Shown: positions 32,134-41,498 of the stretch, one piece after another
Layout: every line of letters begins with the position of its first letter
How positions within the stretch are numbered: position 1 is the first letter of the stretch
DNA from: Syntrophales bacterium
Lineage (GTDB): Bacteria; Desulfobacterota; Syntrophia; Syntrophales; UBA2210
Assembly (NCBI GenBank): GCA_963666365.2
Contig: CAXXNF010000001.1
Location: 1,056,001-1,120,000, forward strand
Reading direction: 5' to 3'
DNA: 64,000 bases
Notes under the pieces: generated by a model
The model's input: only the letters and a program-made list of their open reading frames with translations
What the model was told of the DNA's origin: nothing
Databases searched by the model: none
Translations under genes and position numbers: made by a program

Positions 32134-33009
32134 CTATATATAGACCACATCGGCTGCCTTACGGGGCGGTATGTTTCTGATCGTGAAGCCCTGTGCCGGG
32201 ACACCGACGGCAAGAATCTCGTACAGCCGGCGGCCCTGCGGCATCTCAATCCCCATTTCACCCAGCGAATCGGGCGACTGATTTATTGCCATTGTGAGAA
32301 GTCCGAGCATACAGGTCCCCAGTCCCATGGTCACGGCCTGAAGCGCCATATTATGCGCGGCAAGCGTCGCATTGATAAATGAATCGTCACGGTTCGGCCC
32401 CGGTCCGTGAACGAGAATCACGCAGGGGGCATTGTTCGTGAGTTCCATGCTGCCCGTGTTGTCGTATATGTCGACATGCCACTGCAGTCTCGGGGCCATG
32501 AGATTCACGATATAGGCTTTTTCCTTGCCGATGAGTCCAACCAGCCTGTCCTTGTCAAGTTCCAGAATACGCCGGAAAGCATTCAATCCCGCCTCACCCA
32601 GTTTTCGTATCTTGTCGAGGCTGGTGAGCACGATGTAGCTGACATCCTGACTGTTGTGGCCGGTGGGGGCATAGCGCGCCACATCGATAAGCTGTTCGAT
32701 GTCCTCTCTGGTAGGCACTACATCCTTACGGAATTTTTTGCAGCTTCTTCGCGAATAGAGCAGCATGCTCATATCCCCGGCTGACGGCAGCGATCCCACG
32801 GGCCTCAATTTCACCGGACCGTAGGGGGAAAGTACAAGGGCCCCTTCCTCCGGACAGACTGACAGGCAGTGCCCGCATCCAAGACAGGTGTCCTGCGCAT
32901 ATGTTGCAAGCTGCACCTTCCTGTTTTCATCGAGAACAAAATTCTGCCGTGAGCATACGGTCAGGCAGGACTTGCAGGATCGGCATATCTGCTGATTATG
33001 CGTTATCAT
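32134..33009 (-). CDS. Nitroreductase with N-terminal 2x[4Fe-4S] ferredoxin domain
   Basis: CRSCKSCLTVC and CLGCGHCLSVCP, then RRSCKKF, APTGHNSQ, GLGTC. Start is MITHN at 33009. Confidence 0.9.
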   Translation of the reverse strand: MITHNQQICRSCKSCLTVCSRQNFVLDENRKVQLATYAQDTCLGCGHCLSVCPEEGALVLSPYGPVKLRPVGSLPSAGDMSMLLYSRRSCKKFRKDVVPTREDIEQLIDVARYAPTGHNSQDVSYIVLTSLDKIRKLGEAGLNAFRRILELDKDRLVGLIGKEKAYIVNLMAPRLQWHVDIYDNTGSMELTNNAPCVILVHGPGPNRDDSFINATLAAHNMALQAVTMGLGTCMLGLLTMAINQSPDSLGEMGIEMPQGRRLYEILAVGVPAQGFTIRNIPPRKAADVVYI

Positions 33010-33113
33010 ATTCGGTTTCCCCTTTAAAAATGGTTCCCTTGCTCGTACATGTTCCCGAAGTGCGGCGATACTAAAGATATTCCTGCCTCTCGGGGCCTCG
33101 AACGACCCTGGGG

Positions 33114-33800
33114 TCAAATCCTGCCGAGAAATTCCTCGATGGCCTCATTGACTTCCTTCGGCTTTTCGGCAAAGACGAAATGAGTGCCGCCCTCTATAAT
33201 GACGGCGCGGGCGCCCGCAATATTTTTTTCTACAAATTGACTGTACTTGGGCGGGGTCATTTCATCATCGGCGCCGCAGATAGCCAAAGTCGGTAAGGTG
33301 ATTTCGTGCTCCCGCCCCATGATATTGAAATTATCGCAGGCGCGCATGTCGTTCAACATAACCGCCGGACCGTTTTCCAGAACCCGCCTTGTAAGAATGC
33401 CGGTCAATGTAGGATCGATACGTTCGTAGCTTGCCCCGGCAAATTCTTCAAAAATATCCGGCTCGACGCAGGCCTTTTCCAAAGATTCCAAAAACAGTGG
33501 ATGCACACGAAGCCGCACACCGCTCCCCAGCAGGATAAGACCTTTCAGACCATCTGGATATTTGAGGGCATAGGCGAGGGCAATGCCGCCTCCCAGCGAA
33601 TGACCGGCAAGCACCACGTCCTCATACCCGCGATCTTTCACATACGCGTGCAACCAATCGGCATACTCGTCAATGGTGGTGCAGGGCTCACCCTCGGGAT
33701 GACCGGGAAGATTCACCGCCTCCGAATTATCAAAATAGTCCGTCTGATACTGAAAGGACTCTTTGGCGCCTCCCGAACCGTGAATAAAGATCAATTGCAT
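33114..33800 (-). CDS. Alpha/beta hydrolase
   Basis: FIHGSGG, GHSLGG nucleophile elbow, GADD, GGTH. Confidence 0.9.
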   Translation of the reverse strand: MQLIFIHGSGGAKESFQYQTDYFDNSEAVNLPGHPEGEPCTTIDEYADWLHAYVKDRGYEDVVLAGHSLGGGIALAYALKYPDGLKGLILLGSGVRLRVHPLFLESLEKACVEPDIFEEFAGASYERIDPTLTGILTRRVLENGPAVMLNDMRACDNFNIMGREHEITLPTLAICGADDEMTPPKYSQFVEKNIAGARAVIIEGGTHFVFAEKPKEVNEAIEEFLGRI

Positions 33801-33937
33801 GACATCGCCCCCTTTTCGCAGAATTATCAGGCACTATCGGCCAGTCGAACCGTTATGGACAGACAACCGCTTCCGCATTAAATGATTGCAGTGTAAGACG
33901 AAGAAAAGGGTGAGTCAACAATAATGTACTTTTTATT

Positions 33938-34516
33938 TTATTTTACAAGCTTGAATTCATCTCTGCGATTTTGAGCCCAGGCGTCTTCGTCGTGACCCGG
34001 AGCTGCAGGCTGCATCTCTCCATAACTGACGGCGATCAAGCGGTCGGGGGAGATCCCGAGAGAGGCGAGATAGGCCTTGGCCGCTTCGGCGCGCCGCTGT
34101 CCAAGGGCGAGATTATACTCCGAGGAACCCTGTTCATCGCAATGACCTTCGATCCTCAGGGATAGTCTTGGATGGGCCTGGAGCCATGCGGCCTTCCTCA
34201 TCAGAATTTCCCGGGCCTCAGGTTTCAGATCATACCTGTCAAAATCGAAGAATATCTTTTCCGACTCGAATCGGCTCGCCTCCGACGGACTCACGACCTG
34301 TACAATAGCCTCGGATTCCACTTTTCCCGGCGACGCAGGCGCTGCCTTTGCCGTTGCCGCGGGTTCCCTCGTTGTTGCCGATGCCGCTTTCCGGTCTGTC
34401 GTGGCTGATAGTGTTGGCTCACTCGTCACCATCACATCTTTTGTTGCACATCCCGATACCATTAGCACCATCGCCAACAGGAGAAATAACACCGTCATTG
34501 CACCATACTTTTTCAC
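33938..34516 (-). CDS. pal: Peptidoglycan-associated lipoprotein Pal
   Basis: Lipobox VSGC, FFDFD, IEGHCD, YNLALGQRRA, SYGE, NRR. Likely GTG start at 34516. Confidence 0.9.
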   Translation of the reverse strand: MKKYGAMTVLFLLLAMVLMVSGCATKDVMVTSEPTLSATTDRKAASATTREPAATAKAAPASPGKVESEAIVQVVSPSEASRFESEKIFFDFDRYDLKPEAREILMRKAAWLQAHPRLSLRIEGHCDEQGSSEYNLALGQRRAEAAKAYLASLGISPDRLIAVSYGEMQPAAPGHDEDAWAQNRRDEFKLVK

Positions 34517-34567
34517 GTTTACACCTCTTGACAAAGATTTTGAATTCGAATGATTGAACCGGAACAG

Positions 34568-34596
34568 CCGGGAAAGGGATGCATCCCCTTTCCCGG
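34568..34596. terminator. Intergenic hairpin upstream of pal
   Basis: CCGGGAAAGGG-ATGCATC-CCCTTTCCCGG, an 11-bp stem with no clear U tract. Confidence 0.45.
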
Positions 34597-34620
34597 GTCT
34601 CGATACTGTAGAGCAGCCTA

Positions 34621-34914
34621 CTAAATTTCTTCAAAACTTGCAACCGTAAGGGTCTTTTGATCACCTTCGGTCTGGACAGTTCCCTTTACCTCAACCTTCT
34701 TGTCGACCATGACCGCAAGCTTTTTCCCCATGTCGTCCTGGGCGATAAAATAAGAGGTCCCGTCTCCGGCAACCAGCTGTCCCGTGGGATTTACGGTCCC
34801 AACAATTACTGTTTCATCGGCTGCAGTGGCATTCGTTACCATTGCATTGGCAAAAAATAACGATGCTGCCACCAGACAAAACACCACCACAACTACCCCC
34901 AAATACTTTTTCAT
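34621..34914 (-). CDS. Small exported beta-rich (OB-fold-like) hypothetical protein
   Basis: RBS GGAGGT, signal peptide, KKVEVKGTV strand pattern. Confidence 0.75.
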   Translation of the reverse strand: MKKYLGVVVVVFCLVAASLFFANAMVTNATAADETVIVGTVNPTGQLVAGDGTSYFIAQDDMGKKLAVMVDKKVEVKGTVQTEGDQKTLTVASFEEI

Positions 34915-34984
34915 GCAACTACCTCCATTGTGAAATAAATTATGAGCACCATGCTCCTTTATTACCGGATCCATCTTATGATAG

Positions 34985-35266
34985 TTATCCCGGTTTTCTT
35001 GTGATTTTATATTCTATTACTTCTAGATAGAGCCGATCGTCATATCCCTGTTCAATAAATCCGCGAATCTCTACGGAACACCGAAAATATGCGGCAAGTT
35101 CCCTGTTTTTCTTTATGGGAATGGGGAAGTATCTCTGTTCTTCCTCCGCGTCGATGACAACATCGACAACGAGGCCCTTTTCATCCCATGACCACGGGAC
35201 AATAATCCCCCGTATGCAGATAAGTTCCCCCTCTTCTCGCCCTTTCCTATCCATAACCGTCATCAT
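34985..35266 (-). CDS. Small hypothetical protein (OB-fold-like)
   Basis: IRGIIVP..WDEKG.V..V.I...VEIRG pattern; co-oriented with its neighbours. Confidence 0.6.
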   Translation of the reverse strand: MMTVMDRKGREEGELICIRGIIVPWSWDEKGLVVDVVIDAEEEQRYFPIPIKKNRELAAYFRCSVEIRGFIEQGYDDRLYLEVIEYKITRKPG

Positions 35267-35413
35267 GTGCAGCTATAACTGCCATTTGTAGTTCTGCTGT
35301 CAGGCTGTTGCCGGAGAACAGCAGGCATCTGCCATAATATCTGCTCCCTTCCAGCGGTACTCCTTCACTCTCTGCAGATAAACTTCATGTTTCGAACTGC
35401 CGTGCAGGACAAA

Positions 35414-35430
35414 TTGCATTCGCCGCGCCA
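35414..35430 (-). promoter_or_regulatory. Sigma-54 -24/-12 promoter
   Basis: Minus strand reads TGGCGCGGCGAATGCAA (GG-N10-GC), directly downstream of a sigma-54 activator gene. Confidence 0.7.
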
Positions 35431-35609
35431 AATCATAACATGCTGATATTATGTAGTATAAATGATTGGTCCAACAGAAATCGGAACTATTATTCCGTAT
35501 TTAAAAAATCGGCATGGCAAGGTATAATGATTACATCTATCAGATATCATTACAGTAAACTGATACCAGGAACTTTTTGTCCTATTTTCCTGACGACGAA
35601 CAAGAGTTC

Positions 35610-37028
35610 TTATTTGACCGGTGAGTGTTTCTTGTCCTTGAAGATATCCTTATGAAGATCATACTTTTTCATGAGTTTGTGCACCTGCCTCGTTGAGATG
35701 CCGCCCTTTTCAGCCGTTCTCCGGATATTTCCCCGGAATTCATCAAGCAGTGTTCGAAGATACTCTTTCACTGTGGTATCCTTGATCTCCGCGAGGGAAC
35801 CGGCGGTGCGCGGCAAAGAGTGGTCTCCGGTACGACAGTCGAAGGAAAGCTCCTTGGGAATGCTGGCCGGTGTGATAACCTCTGATTTTTCAATAATAAA
35901 GGCACGTTCTATGATATTCTTCAACTCACGGATATTTCCAGGCCAGCAATAACACTGTAACAGTTCTATTACTCGTGGATCGATATTGTTGATTACTTTC
36001 ATGTTTATTCGGTTGAGCTCTCTGAGAAAACCGTCTGCCAGCAGGGGAATGTCCTCGATCCGTTCCCGCAGGGGAGGAATCTCTATGGGAAATACGCTGA
36101 GCCGATAGAAAAGATCATTTCGGAATAGACCCTCTTCTATCATCTCTTCCAGATTCGTATTTGTCGCTGCGATCACGCGTATATCCACAGGGATATCTAC
36201 TTCGCCTCCCACGCGTTGAAGGGTTTCTTCCTGGAGGACCTGAAGCAACTTGACCTGCGCCGATGGGGTCATAGTGCCTACCTCATCAAGAAATATGGTA
36301 CCCTTATCGGCGATTTCGAATTTTCCCAGCTTTCTCCGGTCCGCACCGGTAAAGGCCCCTTTTTCATGGCCGAACAATTCGCTTTCCAGCAGCGTATCCT
36401 GAATGGCGCCGCAGTGAACCTGTATGAACTGCTTATCGGCCCTGTTGCTGTACCGGTGTATGATCCGGGCGAGGACACTTTTACCGGTACCCGTTTCACC
36501 GGTAAGGAGGACCGTTGTTTTCATGGGGGCAACGGCCATAAGCTTATCAATGGCACTGCGCATTGCCTGACTTTCCGTATGGATGCTGTCAATACCGCTC
36601 TGCAGGAATCTGCCTCGCAGGTACTGAAGTTCCGATTTCATGAGAAGTGTCCTGTACACGCTTTCCGTAATATATTTTAATTCATCTCTGTCAATAGGGC
36701 GGGTAATATAGTTACTCGCCCCGCCTTTGACGGCCATAACGGCCTTTCGAATGTGCATCGCAGAAGTAAGAACGATGATTTGCGCTGTGGGAAATACCTT
36801 CCAGAAATTCATAAGAGCCCTTTTGAAATAGGGATCATCACCCAGCGTCGATTGCAGATGTTCCAAGAATTCCATATCAATAAAGAGGTATTCGCAGCGC
36901 TTCCTCCCGAACATTTCGATACATTGAGCAGCGCTTACCGCTACATCGATACGATATTCCATGTTGAAGGATTCTCTGATGGCCTGAACCGTGTCGCTGT
37001 CGGTCGTTGCCACAAGAATGAGTTTCAT
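35610..37028 (-). CDS. Sigma-54-dependent transcriptional activator with atypical receiver domain
   Basis: GETGTGKS, GAFTGA, WPGNIREL and HTH. The receiver reads VATTD and YITRP. Confidence 0.92.
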   Translation of the reverse strand: MKLILVATTDSDTVQAIRESFNMEYRIDVAVSAAQCIEMFGRKRCEYLFIDMEFLEHLQSTLGDDPYFKRALMNFWKVFPTAQIIVLTSAMHIRKAVMAVKGGASNYITRPIDRDELKYITESVYRTLLMKSELQYLRGRFLQSGIDSIHTESQAMRSAIDKLMAVAPMKTTVLLTGETGTGKSVLARIIHRYSNRADKQFIQVHCGAIQDTLLESELFGHEKGAFTGADRRKLGKFEIADKGTIFLDEVGTMTPSAQVKLLQVLQEETLQRVGGEVDIPVDIRVIAATNTNLEEMIEEGLFRNDLFYRLSVFPIEIPPLRERIEDIPLLADGFLRELNRINMKVINNIDPRVIELLQCYCWPGNIRELKNIIERAFIIEKSEVITPASIPKELSFDCRTGDHSLPRTAGSLAEIKDTTVKEYLRTLLDEFRGNIRRTAEKGGISTRQVHKLMKKYDLHKDIFKDKKHSPVK

Positions 37029-37279
37029 AAACCGTAAGTTCCCCTTATTCGTACGTTGATCATTATGCGTTCTTTTAATCCTATCTGACTATAAATACAA
37101 CAGATATTTAAAAAGCGGACGACGATTGTTTCCGCGACACATAACGACATTTCATACTCATAAGAGAAATTTATGTATGGATATTTTTTCACGCATTGGT
37201 ATGATGCATTAATCACGCCGAATGTTGATTAATGAACCGATGGGAAAGGCTTTTTGCGCACACACAAAGGAGGAAACTC

Positions 37280-38470
37280 ATGGCACACACCACATTTATT
37301 GAAGCATTCGATCCTGAAGGAAAGAGCCTCAACATCTGCGAGCATTGCGGCGTCTGTTTGCAGCAATGCCCCGTAATGAAAATGGAAGAAGAGGAATCCC
37401 GGGCGGAAATGGGCCGGTTGCTCAGGGGGCAGGAACCTGACCGTGTGCTCAAAGAATGCACTTTCTGTTTCGGGTGCAATCATTATTGTCCCCATGGTCT
37501 GCGGCCTTATGCCCTTATCATGGAACGGGCTGCGGAGAAGAATCGAAAGGCCGGCACGGGGTTCCCTCCCTATATCGACTACCTCTTGACGGGAAAGACC
37601 GATTCTTCCGTCTTCGGCGATGTATATACCACAGAGTCTGAAGAAGAAAAGGCCATTCTGGACACGTGGGAGGTCGTTCCTCCCAAAAGCCCGGAGGTGC
37701 TTTTCATCGGGTGCATCGGTCGACAGATTCCATACGGTACGGAACACTCATCGCTGTTCGCGGAACTTCCGAAGTATGCACCGCGCACTGCCTGTTGCGG
37801 AGAACTTGCCTATCGATACGGGGACTATGACACTTTTGCAAAGACCGTCGAGCGAACTCGGGAAATGCTGGAACGCCTCGACACGGAACGCCTGATCTGC
37901 TACTGCGGTTCCTGCGCGAATTTTCTGGGCAATATTTGGCCGAATTATCACGGCGTCACATTACCCTTTGAGATCATATCGGTGTGGCAGTGGTTGTGGG
38001 AGAAATACCGGAACGGTGAAATAAAGGTAGTACGCCCTATCAATCGGACGGTAGTCATTACCGACTCCTGTTACAGCAGCGAACTGGGTGACGGATTCAT
38101 GGATGCGGTCAGAGGACTTCACAGAGCAGTGGGAATGGAGGTGGTGGAACTCGAGAACAATCGGTTCGAAAATCTCAGCTGCGGCATGGTGTCCGGCTTT
38201 CGAAAGAACTACGACCTGGGCGTAAGCGCCAAAGAAGCGGGAAAAAAGATGGTGCAGATTCTTGACACAAAGGTGGGCGATCTTAGCTGCTATTGCCCCG
38301 GTTGTTATATGCAGCTCCGTGGCGCGGCCAAAATGTCCCAGGTGAAAATCCACTATGCCCTGGAGGAAATTCTCTGGGCCTTTGGCGACGAATATCCGGT
38401 TCCGCTGGAAACAAGGGCGGATGCACAGGTCGCACGTTTCATAGAAAAAATAAAAGAGTCGTTTTCGTAA
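37280..38470 (+). CDS. Fe-S oxidoreductase with 4Fe-4S dicluster and two CCG domains (HdrD/GlpC-like)
   Basis: CEHCGVCLQQCP, CTFCFGCNHYCP, ACCG...CGSC, DSC...SCG...CPGC. Confidence 0.88.
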   Translation: MAHTTFIEAFDPEGKSLNICEHCGVCLQQCPVMKMEEEESRAEMGRLLRGQEPDRVLKECTFCFGCNHYCPHGLRPYALIMERAAEKNRKAGTGFPPYIDYLLTGKTDSSVFGDVYTTESEEEKAILDTWEVVPPKSPEVLFIGCIGRQIPYGTEHSSLFAELPKYAPRTACCGELAYRYGDYDTFAKTVERTREMLERLDTERLICYCGSCANFLGNIWPNYHGVTLPFEIISVWQWLWEKYRNGEIKVVRPINRTVVITDSCYSSELGDGFMDAVRGLHRAVGMEVVELENNRFENLSCGMVSGFRKNYDLGVSAKEAGKKMVQILDTKVGDLSCYCPGCYMQLRGAAKMSQVKIHYALEEILWAFGDEYPVPLETRADAQVARFIEKIKESFS

Positions 38471-38508
38471 AGAATAACGACAGTAAAATATTAAATAGGG
38501 AGACTGTA

Positions 38509-39429
38509 GTGATTAAGACGTGTTGGCGTGTATGTATTGTTCTGGCAGGAATTTTGTCTCTTGCCTTCGGATCCGTTCTCACAGCCGGTGCCGCAGGGAA
38601 TGGTTATACACCAGGCACCGAAGGGGTAATGGCGGCAACGATCCCCCCACCGGGTTTTCACTATCGAATGTATAATACGTATGTCGATGCAGACACGCTC
38701 ACAGATAAAAACGGTGACGAGTTGAATGTCGGCTTTGACCTGATGGTATTTGCGCAGGCGCACCGTTTTGTATGGATTACTAAACAAAAGCTTTTCGGCG
38801 CCGATTACGGCATGAGCGCCATAGTGCCGCTTATTTCGACGGATTTTAACGTGGACGCACTGAACATTCATGACTCCGAAACCGGACTAGGGGATATTTT
38901 CATAGAACCCCTGGTGTTGGGCTGGCACGGTGAGCGCTACGATATCGGCCTGGGGCTGGGCCTCAATCTGCCCACGGGCAAGTTCAGTCGGAATGAACCC
39001 GCCTCCTGCGGCAACGGGTATGTAAGCGGATTATTGACATTGGGTGGAACTTACTACCTTGATGACGAAAAAGCATGGACAGCCTCGGCGCTGACGCGCA
39101 CTCTGGTCTATGGCGAGCAGGAAGAGACGGATGTAACTCCAGGGTGGGAATTTATTGTTGACTGGGGCATCGGGAAACAGTTTCCGCTCACGAAAGGCGT
39201 GCTTGCCAGACCCGGAATCTGCGGGTACACCTATCACCAGCTTGGAGAAGACCATGGTCCGGGGACAGCCGGTGACAAAGGAAGGAACTTCGCAATCGGC
39301 GCGGAGGTCAACCTTTTCTGGCTGCCGCCCTGTCTGTTTCAGGCAAATTTGAGAGTGTTGAAAGAATTCGGCGCAAAGGACGAAGCGGAATCCACCAAGG
39401 TTGTCCTCACCCTGAGCAAGTCTTTTTAG
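38509..39429 (+). CDS. SphA / MetA-pathway-of-phenol-degradation family outer-membrane barrel
   Basis: Signal peptide, PPPG, GADYG, GLGDI, LPTG, C-terminal Phe. Confidence 0.85.
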   Translation: MIKTCWRVCIVLAGILSLAFGSVLTAGAAGNGYTPGTEGVMAATIPPPGFHYRMYNTYVDADTLTDKNGDELNVGFDLMVFAQAHRFVWITKQKLFGADYGMSAIVPLISTDFNVDALNIHDSETGLGDIFIEPLVLGWHGERYDIGLGLGLNLPTGKFSRNEPASCGNGYVSGLLTLGGTYYLDDEKAWTASALTRTLVYGEQEETDVTPGWEFIVDWGIGKQFPLTKGVLARPGICGYTYHQLGEDHGPGTAGDKGRNFAIGAEVNLFWLPPCLFQANLRVLKEFGAKDEAESTKVVLTLSKSF

Positions 39430-39538
39430 GCACGCACAGGTCCTCCTGTCCTGAAAATCTTTCGGCCCGTGTAAAATTGAGACCGGTTAACAGTACCGCG
39501 GTGATTGAAAGGGTGCCGCACTACGGTCTGTTGCCGAA

Positions 39539-39568
39539 AAGCTCCCCGCATCCTGCTGCGGGGAGCTT
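39539..39568. terminator. Intrinsic terminator between convergent genes
   Basis: 12-bp stem AAGCTCCCCGCA-TCCTGC-TGCGGGGAGCTT. Confidence 0.7.
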
Positions 39569-39575
39569 CGCGCTG

Positions 39576-40340
39576 TTAGATCAGCATGCCGCCGTCGCAG
39601 ACGACGCAGGTGCCCGTGGTGTAGGATGAAGCATCGGACACGAGGTACAGCACTGCACCCGCCATTTCCATGGGTACGGCATGACGGTGCATGGGAACTC
39701 GCTCTACGGCCAGTTTGTAGATTTCCTCGTTCGTAAAAAGCGCCGAAGCGAACTTCGTCTCCGTCAGCCCCGGGAGAAGGGCGTTTACACGGATGTGCGC
39801 CGGCGCCAATTCCTGGGCGAAGGCCTTGGTCATGCTGATCATGGCAGCCTTGGTGATGGAATAAATGCCCTGAAAAATTGCGGGGCTGACACCGTTTATC
39901 GAGGCCACATTGACTATAGCGCCGCCCCCGCCCTCGGTCATAAGCTTTGCGGCGTTCTGAATCATAAAGAAGGGGCCCTTGAGGTTCACTTCCTGTGTTT
40001 TGTCCCACACACCTTCATCGGCCCCGATCATATCGCCGAAATAGGGGTTGGTGGCGGCATTGTTGACCAGGATATCCAGTTTCCCGAATTTCTCCTTTAC
40101 TTCATTGAAAAGTTCCGCAATCTGATCCATTTTCCCCATGTTGCAGGCGATCGGCGCCGCAACGCCTCCAATCTCTTCGACCTTCGCCGCCACTTCTTTG
40201 AGCGCATCCAGTTTCCTGCTGACGAGAATCACCCGGGCGCCGTATTCCGCCAGCGTCATGGCAATGGCCTCTCCGATGCCCCTGCTTGCCCCTGTGATCA
40301 GGGCTGTTTTTCCCTCGAGAGAAAAATCAACTGTCTTCAT
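39576..40340 (-). CDS. Short-chain dehydrogenase/reductase
   Basis: TGASRGIG, NNAA, YSITK. Confidence 0.93.
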   Translation of the reverse strand: MKTVDFSLEGKTALITGASRGIGEAIAMTLAEYGARVILVSRKLDALKEVAAKVEEIGGVAAPIACNMGKMDQIAELFNEVKEKFGKLDILVNNAATNPYFGDMIGADEGVWDKTQEVNLKGPFFMIQNAAKLMTEGGGGAIVNVASINGVSPAIFQGIYSITKAAMISMTKAFAQELAPAHIRVNALLPGLTETKFASALFTNEEIYKLAVERVPMHRHAVPMEMAGAVLYLVSDASSYTTGTCVVCDGGMLI

Positions 40341-40722
40341 ACCGTTCCTCCGTTTCTATGGAATATTTTTAAACTATTGCAGTGGGATTGCATAGGTACC
40401 CATGTTCGACCAGCAACACTTTTCATGTAAATGCCTCTCAGTCAACAGTTTTCTGATCAAAAACAAAATATACAGGCGCAATAAACCTCTTGCACGGCAA
40501 TATCAGAGCCTGCAATGAAGAAAACAGTAAGGATCCACCTTTTTCGACCGCTTCTTTATGCTTGACAAGAGGACATCGACACGCCTATGTACAGATATCT
40601 TTCAGAGTTTTTTGCAGCCACTCCATCAGATACCGCCTGCACTATTTGACCGGCGGAAATATCCTATAAGGACTACATTCAGCCTGTCAGGAATATTTAT
40701 AAAAAAGACACTTGAGGAAAAC

Positions 40723-41403
40723 ATGTCGCGAAATTTCAAATTTTCGATCCTTACGTCACAGCTGTTTTTGTCTTTTCTTTACCGCTTTATACGTATTTAT
40801 TCAGCAACATTTCGGCTGACCGTCCAGAACGAAGAGGGATGGCGTGATCATATAGAAAAGGGAGGCAAAGTTCTGCTCTGTGTCTGGCATCAGCAATTCT
40901 TTTCCGCAATTCGTCACTTTAAAGAATATCGTCACTACCATCCCAGCCTGATGATCAGCAGGAGCGCCGATGGAGAAATCATTGCAGGCGTGGCCAACCG
41001 CACCGGGTGGAATACTGTGCGCGGTTCGTCGTCGCGGGATGGACGCAAGGCATTGAGTGAAATGATGGAAACGCTGAAACACTCCTCGCTGGCCGCCCAC
41101 ATCCTGGACGGGCCGAGAGGCCCTGCCGGGATTGTCAAACCGGGCGTCATCCGCCTGGCCGGGGCTACGGGCGCGGCGATTGTGCCTTTCTATACGAGTG
41201 CCGACAGGGCCTGGTATTTTAACAGCTGGGACAGATTTATGCTCCCGAAACCCTTTGCCCGGGTGACCCTGCGGTTCGGAGACATAATTACCTTAGCCGA
41301 TGCAGACACCGAAGAGGAGTTCGAATCTCAGAGAAAGGCCCTCGAAACGCTCATGGGTCCTTCGCTGATCCTTCCTGAAGCCAGAGGTTCCATCTCACCC
41401 TGA
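40723..41403 (+). CDS. DUF374 / lysophospholipid acyltransferase family protein
   Basis: WHQQ, SRSADGE, RGSSSR, DGPRGP, SWDRF..PKPF. Confidence 0.88.
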   Translation: MSRNFKFSILTSQLFLSFLYRFIRIYSATFRLTVQNEEGWRDHIEKGGKVLLCVWHQQFFSAIRHFKEYRHYHPSLMISRSADGEIIAGVANRTGWNTVRGSSSRDGRKALSEMMETLKHSSLAAHILDGPRGPAGIVKPGVIRLAGATGAAIVPFYTSADRAWYFNSWDRFMLPKPFARVTLRFGDIITLADADTEEEFESQRKALETLMGPSLILPEARGSISP

Positions 41404-41498
41404 TTCGAATCAGATACCGGCGGACGCCCGAATTTTCGAAAAATTAGTAATGGCATTACATGGATTTCGGCTGTATATAAGTAGAGAGAGTGACGCCT

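Noticed and set aside
35597..35610. CGAAC-AAGA-GTTCT resembling a Firmicutes-type LexA box
   Set aside because: No SOS-type gene lies downstream and the lineage's LexA motif is unknown. It is kept only as a candidate activator UAS.
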